NCBI GenBank assembly: GCA_964016885.1
Contig: OZ024743.1
Location: 9,982,001-10,046,000 of the forward strand
Direction: 5' to 3'
Length of the DNA: 64,000 nucleotides
DNA from: Eledone cirrhosa
Lineage: Eukaryota
Shown here: positions 49,672 through 64,000 of the stretch, piece by piece
How positions within the stretch are numbered: the stretch's first letter is position 1
Layout of the letters: every line of letters begins with the position of its first letter
Notes under the pieces: model-generated
What the model saw: only the letters and a program-made list of their open reading frames with translations
The model's database searches: none
Told to the model about the DNA's origin: nothing
Translations under genes and position numbers: made by a program

Positions 49672-52407
49672 CTGTAACTGATAATTATTTCATACATTTA
49701 GGATAGATTATAGGTGAAGATTATTTCATAAATATAGATTAGAATGGAACTCAGTCGGTTTTGACGATGAGCGTTACATGTTCGATCTGCTCTTCGAATT
49801 AATGTATAAGTAGTTGAGAATTTCAAAAATATGTGGGGCTTTGGAGTAATTCTCAGAGAGATCCAGCGTAGCAAATTTGTGCCAAGGGTGGCCTTTTCAA
49901 TTACATGTATAGTCATATGGGCTGCAAAATTGTTTTCATTTACTCAACAATTCCACTCGCAAGGTATGGGACAACCCAGGCTATGTTAAATGACATTCGT
50001 TCATGCAGCATTCACCCAGTGCTATGCACACTGAGTGTATATATTTCGGCCGTCACAGCGTGTATCATTTCCCTTCTTTATATACTTGTTTATAAAACAG
50101 TCATTTTGCGTTGCTAATGAGAATGAAGATTAGAATTTGTGTTAATGTTATCACAGGATTTCATACTAGTATGTGTGATCTCATATGCATTCTAATTCTT
50201 TGCTATCTTCAGATGAATACAAAACTGTATTTGATTATATTAACATAAGGAAAAATCTACGTTTGTGATCAAATTACTAGAAAACGGAGGCAAATTTCCT
50301 TAAATTATGCCCTACCGTCTTAAATGGTGTTATTCAGTTAAATGGTTAAATAATAATAGATTCGAATTACTAAGAAAAGCGAAAACGATGAAGACATGAT
50401 CATGCATGAAGTATTTTTGATCATAGGTCTCCTCAGTCAAGAATTATCTAGGGTTAAATAACAACTATGAAGGTATATACTATTGAATAATTTGGTCAGA
50501 CGGCGTCTATTATCTGCTTCGTGAATTGCCAAGTATTTCTAAGATATATAAAGATCACAATTTCAATCATAAAATCTGATAGGTTATATACCTACAATAG
50601 TGAGCAACTTCATATTTAAATAGCGTTAAAACTATAGTCTAATTATTAAAGTATTTTCTACAAACATTTTAGATTGAGTGTCCAATACTTGTATATTGAT
50701 ATCTTAATACATTATACCTAACCTTTCGACTATCAATTTTTACGTCAATATTTTTCATGTATATTGCCCATATATTGCACTTCTCCATCACATTAGTATG
50801 TCAATGGTTAAGACAATACTTCTACCGTCTCTATTGAATTAATGCAATTTATTTATAATCTGACAATACATTAACGAAAATATTTCAAAGTAGAATACTA
50901 TTCTCTGTTTTCAGTGAAATCTATAGTTATGGTGACAAATATGATACGATGACGAATATGATGATAATGGTGAGGATGATTAGAATGCTGCTGTTGCTGC
51001 TGATAATGGTGATGATAATGATGATGGTGTGAGCAATAATTCTTGTTTTGTTGGTGGTTTATTATCATTATTATCATCATTGTTCCTGTGTATTCTCTGC
51101 TTGTGGTTCTGATTTCTCGTTGAAAATTGTTATGGCTTGAGAGGAGGTGTGAACCCATAACGTAAAGGCCTCATTTATGTCAGTAAAGACTGTTCATGTT
51201 TATTGATTGAAAGCTAGAGCTGTTTGAGGTCATGCGAAATTGGTGAATGACAAAAGATAAAGAAGAATGATTCCAGGAAGATATAAGGATTGAAACAATG
51301 AACCAGCATAGCGTGCTGGGTTAACAGAGCAAGAAGTGGGCTACATTAAAGAGAGAGAATGAAATTATATATAGAATGCCTCTAGGGAAAGTCTTTTGCT
51401 GTTCCAGCTAAATAGAAAGCAGTGACTAGCGGAAAGTGGCGAAGAGTCGATTGTTAATAATAATGGGCTGCACGATATAGCTATGAGTTTAGAGCCATTG
51501 ATATGCAATCATTCTATTATGATGTTTTCACCAGTACAATGAACATCATATAAATGCAGTGCTGTCAATAAATAACTCTTTGAAAAGGCATACCAACAAC
51601 AATCACAGAGTTCTGTTTAGAATTTAGCTGTTGCGGTTTATTCTATTAACTAGATAAATTCAATCTTTGACTTTTATATGGTGGATGTATTGTGGTTTCA
51701 CAGCTGTTATGACTTGATAGACAATTATACAGATGTCGATTGTTATGTTTAAACAAGTATTCTGTATGTGGTTGACACGTGTAAAAGTGTCACATTGCTA
51801 TACAAAGGCCAACTGTTGTAGTAGATATTATAGTATGTATATAGATGGCATCTGTTTAAAGACAGTTACAGGTGCTTCTTATATAAAACAAATAAACAAC
51901 AGGATCAAAAACACACATTATAGTTGAGAATGTAGTGTGAATATGTAGTATAAATCCAGTAGTTGGCAAGACAACAATGTTTATAAAATGGCTAGTGGAG
52001 AGACTACGTATAGTTAATACGCAACTATTTAGAGAATAATTCAATAATTTAAGCATGTCAACTGTATGAAGTATGCATTGTAAAAGGGTTACATGACACC
52101 TGTACTAGGATATGTATTATGCTATAAAAATAACTTATTTAGTTGATAAACTTTGATTTAGAAGGCACCAGTCGTCACCGATAGACAGCAAAATGATAAA
52201 GTATTAGAAACAGGTTAGAGCCTCATGTTTCAGACAGGATCTATAGTTCCTTATTTCTTCACGAAAGGTCTACATGAAATATCACTCTCTAATCATCTCA
52301 TGACACAACAATAAGTAATGTTTTTTTCCTATTTCCAACCCAATTCCTGTCAACGAAAATCATCACTACCCTTCGAATCCTTAGGACTATCATTATTTCC
52401 TGTTAAA

Positions 52408-52600
52408 TGCGGTGGATTGGCAGTATCGTTAGATTGCCAGACACCATGCTTTGCAGCATAGAGCTATGGCCTTTTATGTTCTGAGTTCAAATCCCGCCGA
52501 GGTTAACTTTGCTTTTCATCCATAAGGGGTCGATAAAATAAAGCTCCAGTAATGTACTGGGGAAATTGTTGGTCTTGTGCTAAACATAGAAACAATTATT
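52408..52600 (+). mobile_element. tRNA-derived Nin/Deu-like SINE with probable target-site duplication
   Basis: Full SINE flanked on both sides by attatttcctgttaaa (near 52392 and 52594). Confidence 0.8.
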
Positions 52601-55600
52601 TCCTGTTAAAATATATTGATTTGTCCACAACAAACCACTCGAACAAATAGGCTTCAAAGGCTCGTAGATAGCATGTTATATTTACTGCTAGAAAAGCTAT
52701 CGTATAGTTGCTATTGTGATGTTATTTAGAAGATGCATGTAGTAACTAAGAGGAGACAACTGTGATAGACTAATATCATTCTATCTCTGGAACAATGGCA
52801 ACAACATTAACAAACTTATCAGTTTTTAACCCTTTTGGGTAAAATCGTTACTGATACAACATAATGCTCATGTAGGTAGGAAGTATATTTGATTGAATCA
52901 ATTTCAGTATATTTATGAAGACATAAAGCATACAGTAAGCGACGGTTGCATTTAAAATCATAATGTGAACAGACATCATGTTGTCAATCATTGCACTCAC
53001 TATTACTTAATGACATATTTTGAATACAAACAACTACAAAGTTCTTGCAGACAGGGTTATAATCAACTTTTAGTGATTATGCATCAACTCTAAATTGTTA
53101 GTGATTATGCATCCTCTAAATAATTGGTTGAATTTTTGTTTTACCAATTAATTCATCAGTGGGTAGAAAATGACGAATTCGGCGTTACTTGAATTGAAAA
53201 CATTAAGTAATGGAATCACTTTAAGAATTCAGTTCCTAACTACATTCACTCTTACATTACCTTTTCCTAAATATTCCACTTTTCGTAAGAAATTCAGCTT
53301 GAAACCAGGTTTATTGATATATTTCCACTTAGAAAAGACTCCAGTTTTTCTACTCTGTCTCCTCTTGTAAAATCTCAAATCTGAATTCATGTTCGTTACT
53401 GCGTATATATTTTGTACAAGATCTCCAATTCGGATCCATATTCACTGCTATATGTCCAACGGAGTAATCATTATCATGTGCCGTCATGGCGTCAATGTCT
53501 TCATCAAATTATAAAGGATAGAATCAAAAGAAAATCATTCCTTTGCATTAAAAGTTCTAATCTTCCATCACTTCAACGTACTCAAAATAAGAATCAGTTA
53601 CATAACTGAATCAATTATTTCCACACATCCCCTCATAAATAACTAACAGTTTGCCTAATCTGAAGTAATTATTAATTATGTTTGATAAGATGTTGAGACA
53701 ATCATTCGTTTCCAAATGCATTAAGCCACGCCTGGTAATATGTTTAATGTTAGAAGTAGACTTTTGATGTTGATTGAAGAAAAGCCTTCAAGGGAATGTG
53801 GCGATAAATGAGTTGTTGAGTGCATTGTTGACTAGCACCAGAGTAATCATCTGTCACTTTCTCATAAAGCAAGTGCCTCCAGATCGTTGATAAAGCAGAA
53901 CTTCATTAACGCAGACTGTTCTTGCAGCAGTTTTTCGTTGATACTAATGAGACAATAATTTCTGTTGGGTTCTCGACTAACTATATAGTAGACGTCCTTA
54001 TAATGAATTTCTAAACTCAATGAGTATCCAATCTCAATTCGTTTAGTTACAGTTTCAAATCCCTTTAATTTATCAATAATATAATTATTTTTTTCCACAT
54101 GAACAAGTACAGACCACAAATAAATGAAATGCTTCGAATGAATGAAACAAATGAATTGCCTCAAACTCTAACCATTCAAAGTAAATATTATCAGGTTAGC
54201 TGAGAGAACTATTACGTTGATGACGACAGGAATATAGAGGAAGAGCATTTAGTTTGACTGCTTGAATAAAATAGAATTCCTACTGAAAAGATACATAGCT
54301 TAAGTTGATTTATTATTTACGCTCTAGGCCCGAACATTATAAGTGAAAGGAATGATTGATGTGATCTACGTGTTTTTCTTAAAGTGATTTAACTTCAAAG
54401 AGGAATGGAAAGAACATGACAAATCTATTGCTTGATTTAAAACGAAACAAGCAAACATTTCAGTTAATTAAAAATTATTGCCATCTGGGTAGGCGGGCGT
54501 AATCTGTAGAGCACCGGGAAATATGTGTTGTAATTTGTTACTTTCTTTCAAGTTATAAGTTCAATTTGCACCAAAGCTGTTTTTCTTGTTATCCGTTCGA
54601 GGCCAATAACAGTGAAGTAATGGGTGGATTTAATCAACTGTATTTCGCCTCCAAAATATAAACTTTGGGTCTACATTCCAATCTTTATTTGTTTTAAGAG
54701 GGCTGTCTATGTTTGAATCAGTAATCCAGCATTTACATTCTAAGTTCAAATTCCCCCATAGTGAACGTTTTCTTTGGCCCTTCCGAAGTATATTACAGTA
54801 TATTACTGCCAAGTACTAAGAATGAGTAAATTAACATTTACCTTCAACATAATGTGTAATTTTGTGTTACAGACAGAAAGAATTATTTTTGTTGGCACCT
54901 ATCATTGGATCTTTTGATTCACTTTTGCAGCATCCTTATATTTTAATTACACCTTTGCAGACATCTGTAATTATTATACGTGTAAAAATTCTTGTTTCGA
55001 AGTAAAAAAACAAAACAAATATATTTGGTATTTTGTCAAAAATAAAGATATATTGAAAGGTTAACATTTTCAACTAATTAACAATTTATTTTTCTAAAAA
55101 CGTCGATTCATGAAAGACATAAATTCAACTACTGGAAATAGAAAGAAAAATGACGATTTTAATAATGATGAATGGCATAATTCATCTTAAAAGAATGTAA
55201 AATGTAAAATTATATGATGTATTTGGCTTCTAATAGATTTTTATGTGCGATCTAACAGATATTAAATAACTAATATCGCTGAGGTAATAATCATCGACTC
55301 AGTGCAATGGAACGCAAATTTCCTCGAGGCCTTTTGTCAGGAACTTAAATATGTATATTATAGATTGACTGCGACTGAGCATGTAATGTTTCAGTGCACT
55401 CAATGCACAAAAAAAAAAACCAGAAATTTTTCTCCTTTATGTAAATATTGGGAACAGGATTTAAAATCAACTTTTTAATAAAGAAAATGTAATGACATTT
55501 AAACCTGTATAGATGTACACCCATACACTGTCAAAATAAACATATATTTGTGTTCTATTTAGATAAAGATATGTTTCTATTCTATGAAGGTGTTGGAGTC

Positions 55601-55989
55601 TATCGATGTGTCATTGTAATACATTGCATCAAGCAATATATTTACAGTAGTAGTGCATGTCCCAATATAAGGAATTTAAAGTGATCGTCATTGTTAATCC
55701 TTTATTATAACGAAAAAGTAATTAGAGAATATCAATATGAGGCAAATTATTGTTTTTATATTGCTGCTTTTCTAGAACGGCACGATGTGATGTTTGTTTA
55801 TAGCGGCAATCTGCATTGGATGTTAATGAATATCGTCAAGGTAAACTATGTGTACCAGTCGAGAACTGGGATCGATATAATAAACTGCTATTTCCTACAA
55901 CGAATTCAATAAGATTTGTCACACTTTGAGGGATATGTCTGTGCACTGGATTATCCTGTAATTGTATCTATTTATCTGCACCTGTACGT

Positions 55990-56927
55990 TGGATAATAGA
56001 TGGTTATAATAGCTTTTTACAACCTGCTAAGAGAGAAAGGGAACTCGTAAAGTATGCATAGTTTTACATCGTATACAATTTCATTCAGTTGTAGGACTGC
56101 CATGCAGCAACAGCCAAAACCTTTAGACAGAGGCATTCAGTTTTTTTTAACGAACACATGAACAAATCTCCCTTCAAAGAAGATAATATGCAAAACTTTA
56201 TGAAGAAATGTGAGACCTATAGGGCAATAGAGAATCTCAACACATAGTATAAGGATCATCCTACCCACTCTGGATGACCTAGGAAGCGTACACGGGAAAT
56301 TATTGACATGGTCTGGCAGTCTGTTGAACAGAACCCAGGTGAAGACAATCCTTGGGTCCCTCCACAAAAACTTACAGAAGGATTGTCAAGGGTGATCCTA
56401 AGAAGAAGCTCTACAAAATGCAGGCTAAACAAATGCTTACTGTAGCTGATAAGAGAGAGGCTATGGTTGCAAAAATAATGGAGACTATGGAAAACAACCC
56501 GAATGTTTTAATTTGTTGATGAAGCCCACTTTCACTGAGAGGAAAAGATTAACGCTAAGAACAATGTGTTCCGAGATTAGAAAAACCCACTAAAGTGGTT
56601 GTCAAATCTCTCCCCTCAGCTAGATGTACCGTCTGGGCTATGGGTATGTTAACAAACCCAGAACCATCATTGTAGTAAGGAAAACATCTGGGAGGGGAAC
56701 AGAGCGATCCCTAGGTCTGTTTGTAAAGAGGGTATGCTAAACTTCACCACGCACCTAAAAAAATGCATGGATTCAAATGGGGATCACATGGAACATCATA
56801 ACATAATGAAATGTTGATATATTATTGCTAATGGTTTGCACTAAATATAGTCGGAGTTTCATTGCATTCAAGCAATGAATAATGTAGACAAAATTAAAAT
56901 GGGGCCAGTAAATTTAGTAACCCTGTA
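55990..56927 (+). mobile_element. Decayed Tc1/mariner DNA transposon
   Basis: Remnants RIVKGD..YKMQ and FVDEAHFH.RGKINAKN (first catalytic D region). The 3' end ...gtaaccctgTA resembles a mariner TIR followed by TA. Confidence 0.55.
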
Positions 56928-57534
56928 CATCAGAAATTTATGCACCACCAAATTGAAACTATATCACCGTGTGACATTTACGAGCAATATACGTTTCACC
57001 AGGTGAATGATCACAAATGTAATTGTGCTCATCCGCAAAGTGTATGTTCTGCACTGTGTTATTTCAACATTAATTACGGTAGTGTGTGATTTCTTACACA
57101 CTGGTTGTTATTTTTTCCCGCAGGCAAGCAACCATTTGCTAAGATGCCTGTTGACCAAACTTGCCTGCCAATGACCGATTCTCTCTCCTCTCTCTCTCTC
57201 TCTCTTTTCTCCCTATCCACCCCTCTTTCTCCCCCTCACTCTTTCTCTCTATGTCTCCCTCTCTGTTTTTCTTACAATTTCATGAATAGTTGAACTATCC
57301 TCCAAGAAAATGTATGTCTGAACATTAATTAACTGATGTGGTGAGAATTTTGATTTATTTCGGCAGGGTGGTGAAATAGATTTCTCGATTACATATATAC
57401 ATATTGACCCATTTAAATATAATATAATATAATATATTATAATTTATGATATAATGTAACACACGCACACACATATACATACATACATTCATACACACAC
57501 ACACACATATATATATATATACATTCATACACAC

Positions 57535-57581
<47 letters not shown>

Positions 57582-57630
57582 TACATACATACATTCATAC
57601 ACACACACATACATACATGCATACATTCAT

Positions 57631-57697
<67 letters not shown>

Positions 57698-57712
57698 CAT
57701 ACATACATTCAT

Positions 57713-57748
<36 letters not shown>

Positions 57749-57768
57749 GCATACATACATACATTCAT

Positions 57769-57801
<33 letters not shown>

Positions 57802-57838
57802 CACATATAAATATATATATATACACACACACGCACAC

Positions 57839-57937
<99 letters not shown>

Positions 57938-58322
57938 GTGTGTGTGTGTGTGCTTACGCACATACACACACAGAAACATAAATTGTGAGAATAGGAAGAT
58001 TTAATGCCTCCTGGTTTACAGTCATACACATGGATAGTCATTTATATAATCATACATCGGTTTATTTACTTGAATGAGTTTCCATGTAAACTTATTGGAT
58101 ATTATCATATATATATATATGTGTATGTATATGCATTTGTATGTTTACGTCTCTACATAAACACACACACTCACACACACACAACATATATATATATATA
58201 TGTGTGTACATACACACACACACACACACACATATATTTATATATGTGTGTGTGTGTGTGTACTTGTATGTGTGTATGTGTATATATATATATATATATA
58301 TATGTATATGAGTGCATGTATG

Positions 58323-58356
<34 letters not shown>

Positions 58357-60061
58357 AGAGAGACAGAGAGAGAGTGTGTGTGTGTGTGTGCATGTATGTA
58401 TATACATGTACTAAACACACGTCTGCCTGTGTATGTCACAATGGATATCCTTAAAAAATTTGGTTTGTAGTCACAAACACTCTCAACCATAAATTATTAT
58501 TTTCCCCTCCTCCAAACCTTTGACTCCCTAACACTTCCACCAACTTAATTGTATATCAACCCACCTCACTCACGCATATATATGGAAACTCTAACGTCCT
58601 CGACAATCGCACCCCTTTCCAACTCATACATAAACCGACTTAGAGCTAAACGTCTTGCATCTGCCTCAAACATATGAATATATCATGGCTGAATGGTTAA
58701 GAAGTTCTCCTCACATTGATTCAGTCTGAGGTTCGATCCCACTGCGTGGTATCTCAGGAAAGTTTTATTTACCATAGCCTCGGGTCGACCCTTGTCTTGT
58801 GAATGAAATTGGATAGACGTAAACTGTTTGGAAACCCGTCGAATAGACTATACCTATAATTCAAATAAGTATCCTTGTCGTTCATTGTATCACACTGGAT
58901 CTCGTGGCGAATAGTGTAAAGGATAAACGTTTCTGTGGAATGCTTAGCCACTTACAACTTAATTGCATGAGCTTCGTAAAGGATAAACGTGTCTGTAGAA
59001 TGCTTAGCCACTTACACCTGAAGTTCATGAGCTTTGATTTCGTTGATTAACTAACTGGAACATTTACTGTTGAAACTGACTGAACTCTATTTAATTTCTC
59101 ACACATAAAATTCAAATATCACAACTGCTGTTCAGAATTCATTCATTCATCTTCTGCTGTCACTTTCAGTCATCCTACCCCTCTCTCTTCTGATTACCAT
59201 TTATTGTCAGTACAAAGTACCAGTAATTCACTGGGGTAATTGCTCGCCTTGTGCCAAAATTAGAAACAATTATTTAGACTCTGTTCAGCATTATCTAAAC
59301 TCAGAATCATCAGCTATTATTTTATTTATTATCCATGAATTATTACTCACTTCTCTCAGAACATTTGCTTTCCTATTCGCACACACCTACTTACACTGAC
59401 GTACATACAAAGACGCATTCTCAAGCGTAGAGCAACCCACAAACACAAACAATTCGCTACACTGATATATAAAGCAGCCTAATTAGCATTGTCACTTACA
59501 TTGCACTATCCCTAAAATGCAACACCTCCATATATACAATTTGATACTCACATATATGCGCATACATTCCTTAAGCATATATACTTGCTTGATAGACCAA
59601 CTAAAAAAAAAGCATTAAATCAATATTCATGCAACACACCTATAAAATGCAAGAGCGCTATATCACATTTGTTGATTGGTGTATAAGTTCGATGATTCCC
59701 GTTTTCCATTGTTATATAATAGACAGGACCCCCTGGCCGAGTCGCAAACGCCGTAGCCGTTCGGTTTACCCGCTGCCTACTCGCAATAAAGCCATTGTTA
59801 CGGTAAAGCATTGAGACTTCCAATTATTACAACATCGGCCAGCATCTAAAAATCAAAACTCGGAGTACCATGAACGGGGAGAAATGAGGCAAAATGGGGG
59901 CATTTTATGTTATTGTAAGCTATACCCACTTTTTACCCAAAGTGGGTGGGAGATCTCCGTTCGACGGGGAGAGTTGACACACAGACACATACATACATAC
60001 ATACATACATACATACATACATACATACATACATACATACATACATACATACATACATACA

Positions 60062-60412
60062 TGATGGCTGCCCCCTCGTTATCGAGTATGGCCATTGCAC
60101 GATATAACATTATTAATAATTATTAATTAATTCTAACGTGCAATACCTGTGCGTGAAGATATCTTTTAAAGTGAGGAAAGACTGTGCACTGAGCCAATCC
60201 CACTCTCTGAGCGACAATAGCTATAACCCGTAAAGAAGGAAAGATCAACATCATCGGTAACTACTGAGCCGTAGGTTTTATATCAGAGTTATCACAGTTT
60301 CCTGAGTGCCTTCTCGTAGAAGAATACCCTGACAAAGGTTAGGGGTCCTTCACTCCCAGTGGTTTAACCGCGCGATCGGGTGTCCAGCCCGACTATTTCT
60401 ATGTCGCCGCGC
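60062..60412 (-). mobile_element. Second RTE-related SINE-like family, 3' portion
   Basis: Shares the tail (tggcc.tactcg.t.acgag..ggcagcca.ca + (TATG)n) and the aactctgatataa motif with the 610-bp family. The body is diverged. Confidence 0.65.
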
Positions 60413-60540
60413 ATATACATACACATGCACCCATGTATATACACATATACATACAAATGTACATGTGTATATACATATTTACACACTTTCGGAAGGCCGT
60501 TGACTCTTATGAGTTCTTCCGCCCTACATATATACATACA

Positions 60541-61149
60541 TGGTGGCTGCCAACTCGTTTTCGAGTACGGCCACTACTTTATATCCATGTAGGAGAACCC
60601 CTACCGATGCGCTGAACGAGTGTGACTTTTTAGTCCAGCCAGCGACTTGAAAACTCTGGTACAAACACTACACTTGTGACAATTACTGACACATAGTGCT
60701 GGGCCCATGGTACCATGTGATGACAAGTGCAGAGAGATTTCCAGATATAAAGCAATGCCTGTGCCGTGAAGCTTTTATAGTGAGCAAAGGCACTGCACAA
60801 AGCCAGTCCCACTCTCTTAACCAAGATGATATTTACCAAAAAGAAGAACAATTCAACATCATTGGATACCATCAGGGTTGCAGGTGTTATATCAGAGTTT
60901 TCCTTCTCCTAGAATTCTGCCTTGACAAAGGCTAAGGGGTCATCTCTCCCGGTGATTTTGGATGGCCATTGACTCTTAAGAGCTCCTTTGCCCTTTGACA
61001 GGTTTTGTTTTTAGTCCTGCAGGATGTCCAAAGTCACCCTCCTCACCAAAAAACCTTGGTGGGGTTGCCAGTTCAGTCGCCAACGTCCCGACCATGGGTC
61101 AGGTTGTACTGGGATACATGTTACCAGTAGCACCAACTGGTGATCTGAC
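60541..61149 (-). mobile_element. Non-autonomous RTE-derived SINE-like element, full copy 3
   Basis: Reverse complement of 16238-16846. Confidence 0.8.
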
Positions 61150-61210
61150 ATATCATATACATACATATATACATACATATATATATATGCGCATGTGTAA
61201 GTGCGTATAA

Positions 61211-61239
<29 letters not shown>

Positions 61240-61248
<9 letters not shown>

Positions 61249-61745
61249 GTGAGGGTTTTTTTACAAAATGAAAAATAACCGAGGTGTCCTACACGAGTGA
61301 AAGTATAAAGAAAAAGAGATAAAATCGAAAATGCAACTGAAGTCTTATTTTTTTTTTAAATATATATATTTATTTGGTTCCTTTACCGGTTTCGCAGTTC
61401 TTCTGCTTTTCAAAAGGTGAGTTGAGATGGAGGGTCTGTGGTTTTTCTCACATCTGGTTGGTCTCTGAATGTTACTTGTTTTATATGGAAAAAGTGGCTC
61501 GAAATTCCAGGTTTTTCGAAATTCCAGGTTTTTCGAAAAACCTGGAATTTCGAGCCACTTTTTCCATATAAAACAAGTAACATTCAGAGACCAACCAGAT
61601 GTGAGAAAAACCACAGACCCTCCATCTCAACTCACCTTTTGAAAAGCAGAAGAACTGCGAAACCGGTAAAGGAACCAAATAAATATATATATTTTAAAAA
61701 AAAATAAGACTTCAGTTGCATTTTCGATTTCATCTCTTTTTCTTT
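61240..61745. mobile_element. Fold-back pLTR-like element with ~210-bp near-perfect arms and two U3:A8 hammerheads
   Basis: 61313-61520 pairs with ~61532-61745. HHRs at 61380-61417(-) and 61635-61672(+). Same family as 10717-10925. Confidence 0.78.
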
Positions 61746-61752
61746 ATATATG

Positions 61753-61785
<33 letters not shown>

Positions 61786-61989
61786 AAAAGGTAAACAGAA
61801 ATAACAACACAATCAGTACAGTATATGGAAGGAATATATTAGTGGTTCCGTAATTCCTGATAGAGTTGCAGGGGTACCGTATTGGCATACGGTGTTTCTT
61901 GGGCATTTTAAACCTGGCGGAGCCCATCCAGTACACTAGAGAAAGATAGAAAGTGAGAGAGAGGAAATGAGAAAGAGATATAGAGGAAG

Positions 61990-62492
61990 AATCAACTTCA
62001 GTACTTGACTGTGAATTTTTTTATCGACATGGAAAGGATGAAAGGAAACGTTGACCTCGGCGATATTTGAATTCAGAGAGTCGGAACAAATACCATAAAG
62101 TATGTTCTAACGACGCTGCCGATTTGCCGCAAAGAATAATGATAATTGTTTCTACTTTTGGCACAAGGCCAGCAATTACCCAGTGTATTACTGGTACTTT
62201 ATTTTATCGACCCCATAAGGATGAAAGGCAAAGTTAACCTCGGCGGGATTTGAACTCAGAATGGCAAGGGCCGTAACTCTATGCGTCAAAGCATGGCGTC
62301 CGACCCTCTACCGATACTGCCAATCCACATAATTGTTTCTACTTTTGGTACGAGGCCAGCAGTATATTACTAGTACTTTATTTTATCGACCCCATAAGGA
62401 GGAAAGGCAAAGTTAACCTCGGCGGGATTTGAACTCAGACCGTAAAGGGACGTAACTATGCTAGAAAGCAGGGCGCCCAACCCTCTACCGAT
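61990..62492 (-). mobile_element. Three tandem Nin/Deu-like SINEs
   Basis: Reverse-complement copies at ~61990-62130 (diverged), 62143-62328 and 62330-62492. Confidence 0.78.
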
Positions 62493-63617
62493 TGAAGTTG
62501 TAGCTGCACTATTGCAAATACCAATCGAATTGTTTGAGGCAGTCACAAAGCACTAGTGCAAAAGTTAATACACCAAGAAAAGCTAAGCAAATGAACGTGG
62601 CCATATTATACTACAACCACGATAAATACAAACATATATGCATGTATATGTGTGCGTGTATTTGTTTGTTCGTGTTTCGGTGTGAGCATGAGATCGCGTG
62701 TGTGTTTATATATATATATACTTTGTTCAAACTGATATAACTTGTTGCTGCATATGATGGATCCCTATCAGTCTGGATAAACCATGACTTCGAAATATAT
62801 GTGAGTTGAGTGAATTCTTATAAAGTTGTGATTTAAAAACGTCTCGGAGAAATAAGAGTTAAGCAATGGTCCTTAAAATGTTTTTTAAGGAGCAATATAT
62901 TTTGTACCAGAGTATACACGGAGCGATAACTATGTAACGTTTCTAGCTATTTTGCCTCAGCTTTGCAAAATTCAACTGTTTATAGATTTTGAGTGCAACT
63001 CATAGCAACAAGTTTTTAGATGCTTCCTATACTATTATGGACAGTGTGGTATTACATGTTACCCAAATAATTCTGGAATTGTTGCTTTTCCAGCCAAAAT
63101 AGATTCATAGTCTCCACTTGCGATCATATTGCTGTCTCAGATATTAATTATTTCTCTATCTACATACGCTTTCTTACATTTTATCCGCACCATTTTACAA
63201 TGTATCAACAATAGCGGACTTGTGAATTATATTTCGTCAGTGCCTGAAATCGATTGTTTTTATTTTATATTGACAGTTTGGGTAGAACTATATCTCAGTT
63301 TTCGCTACGTACTTGTAAATGTTGTATGTTACCATTCAGAAATACATCAATTATGCTCTGGTAGTATATAGATAGTATCACCAATACCGCATGATATTTC
63401 AATAAAAGCAGTTTATAACCTTCGTAAATCAACTCGTAAACTTTATGCTGATAGTGCCTTTGTACGAAATCGGTTGTTAGAGTTCTAAGTATGAAAATAA
63501 CTATTTACATTTAGTATACTAAATCAACTGATTGTGGGTTTTTGACAAAAATGTTTCGTCTAATCAAATAATAGGGTCTATATCGACAAGGATATATATA
63601 TATATATATATATATAT

Positions 63618-64000
63618 AGTAATAATAATAAATTTGAAGACTAAAATCCAAAGAGGGCTCGATAAGGATAAATATATATCAAATATATAAGAACCGTAGA
63701 GCAAATATTTATTAAAATAACAGATTAAAGTTTAAGCAAAGAATCGCTGCTTTCACCCTTAACGGGATCTTCTGAAACTAACAAAGTCAATCTGTGAACG
63801 CAGAAGTAAATATTTCAAAAAACGTTGCAACCGGAGGAAGACAGGAAGACGATACTTTGGTTCCTGGAAACGTTCCCTGGCAAAGAACGGGAAAAAACGA
63901 ATATAATACATCATTATTTGGAGCGGTGAAAAACAATTTCACGCAAAGACAGTTTCAGAAGATCCCGTTAAGGGTGAAAGCAGCGATTCTTTGCTTAAAC
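63618..64000. mobile_element. Fold-back pLTR-like element truncated by the window end
   Basis: 63730-63778 is inverted at 63951-64000. The arm has hammerhead-like CAGAAGA-TCCC-gttaa-GGGT-GAAAG. The tail matches 23095-23150. Confidence 0.55.

Noticed and set aside
50898-51158. His/Gln-rich 86-aa ORF as a host exon
   Set aside because: Built from trinucleotide low-complexity repeats, with no domain or splice support visible.

Overview
Eukaryotic, AT-rich, microsatellite-dense DNA ((TA)n, (CA)n, (TACA)n, (GA)n). The repeat content resembles a mollusc, probably a cephalopod (inference, no database search). I can support no host gene, and most listed ORFs are microsatellite or antisense artefacts. 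Mobile elements: (i) an unlisted minus-strand LINE ORF1/gag-like ORF with a CCHC knuckle (1960 to <1); (ii) a 5'-truncated RTE LINE ending in three C2H2-like fingers; (iii) an apparently intact R4/Dong-like RT+restriction-like-endonuclease element sitting in (TACA)n; (iv) ~610-bp non-autonomous RTE derivatives; (v) tRNA-derived Nin/Deu-like SINEs; (vi) Penelope-like (Naiad- and Neptune-type) remnants; (vii) a decayed Tc1/mariner. The main hidden signal is about 25 type I hammerhead ribozyme (HHR) motifs, intact or decayed, from about ten short element families, folded by eye. Most sit in (TA)n tracts and many are in fold-back arrangements. They include two retrozyme-like tandem/inverted arrays (13936-14785 and 44075-46391), families with a compensated U3:A8 core (UUGANAA), and two unrelated families sharing a non-canonical CCGUCGA core. 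Coordinates were counted by hand and element boundaries are approximate.
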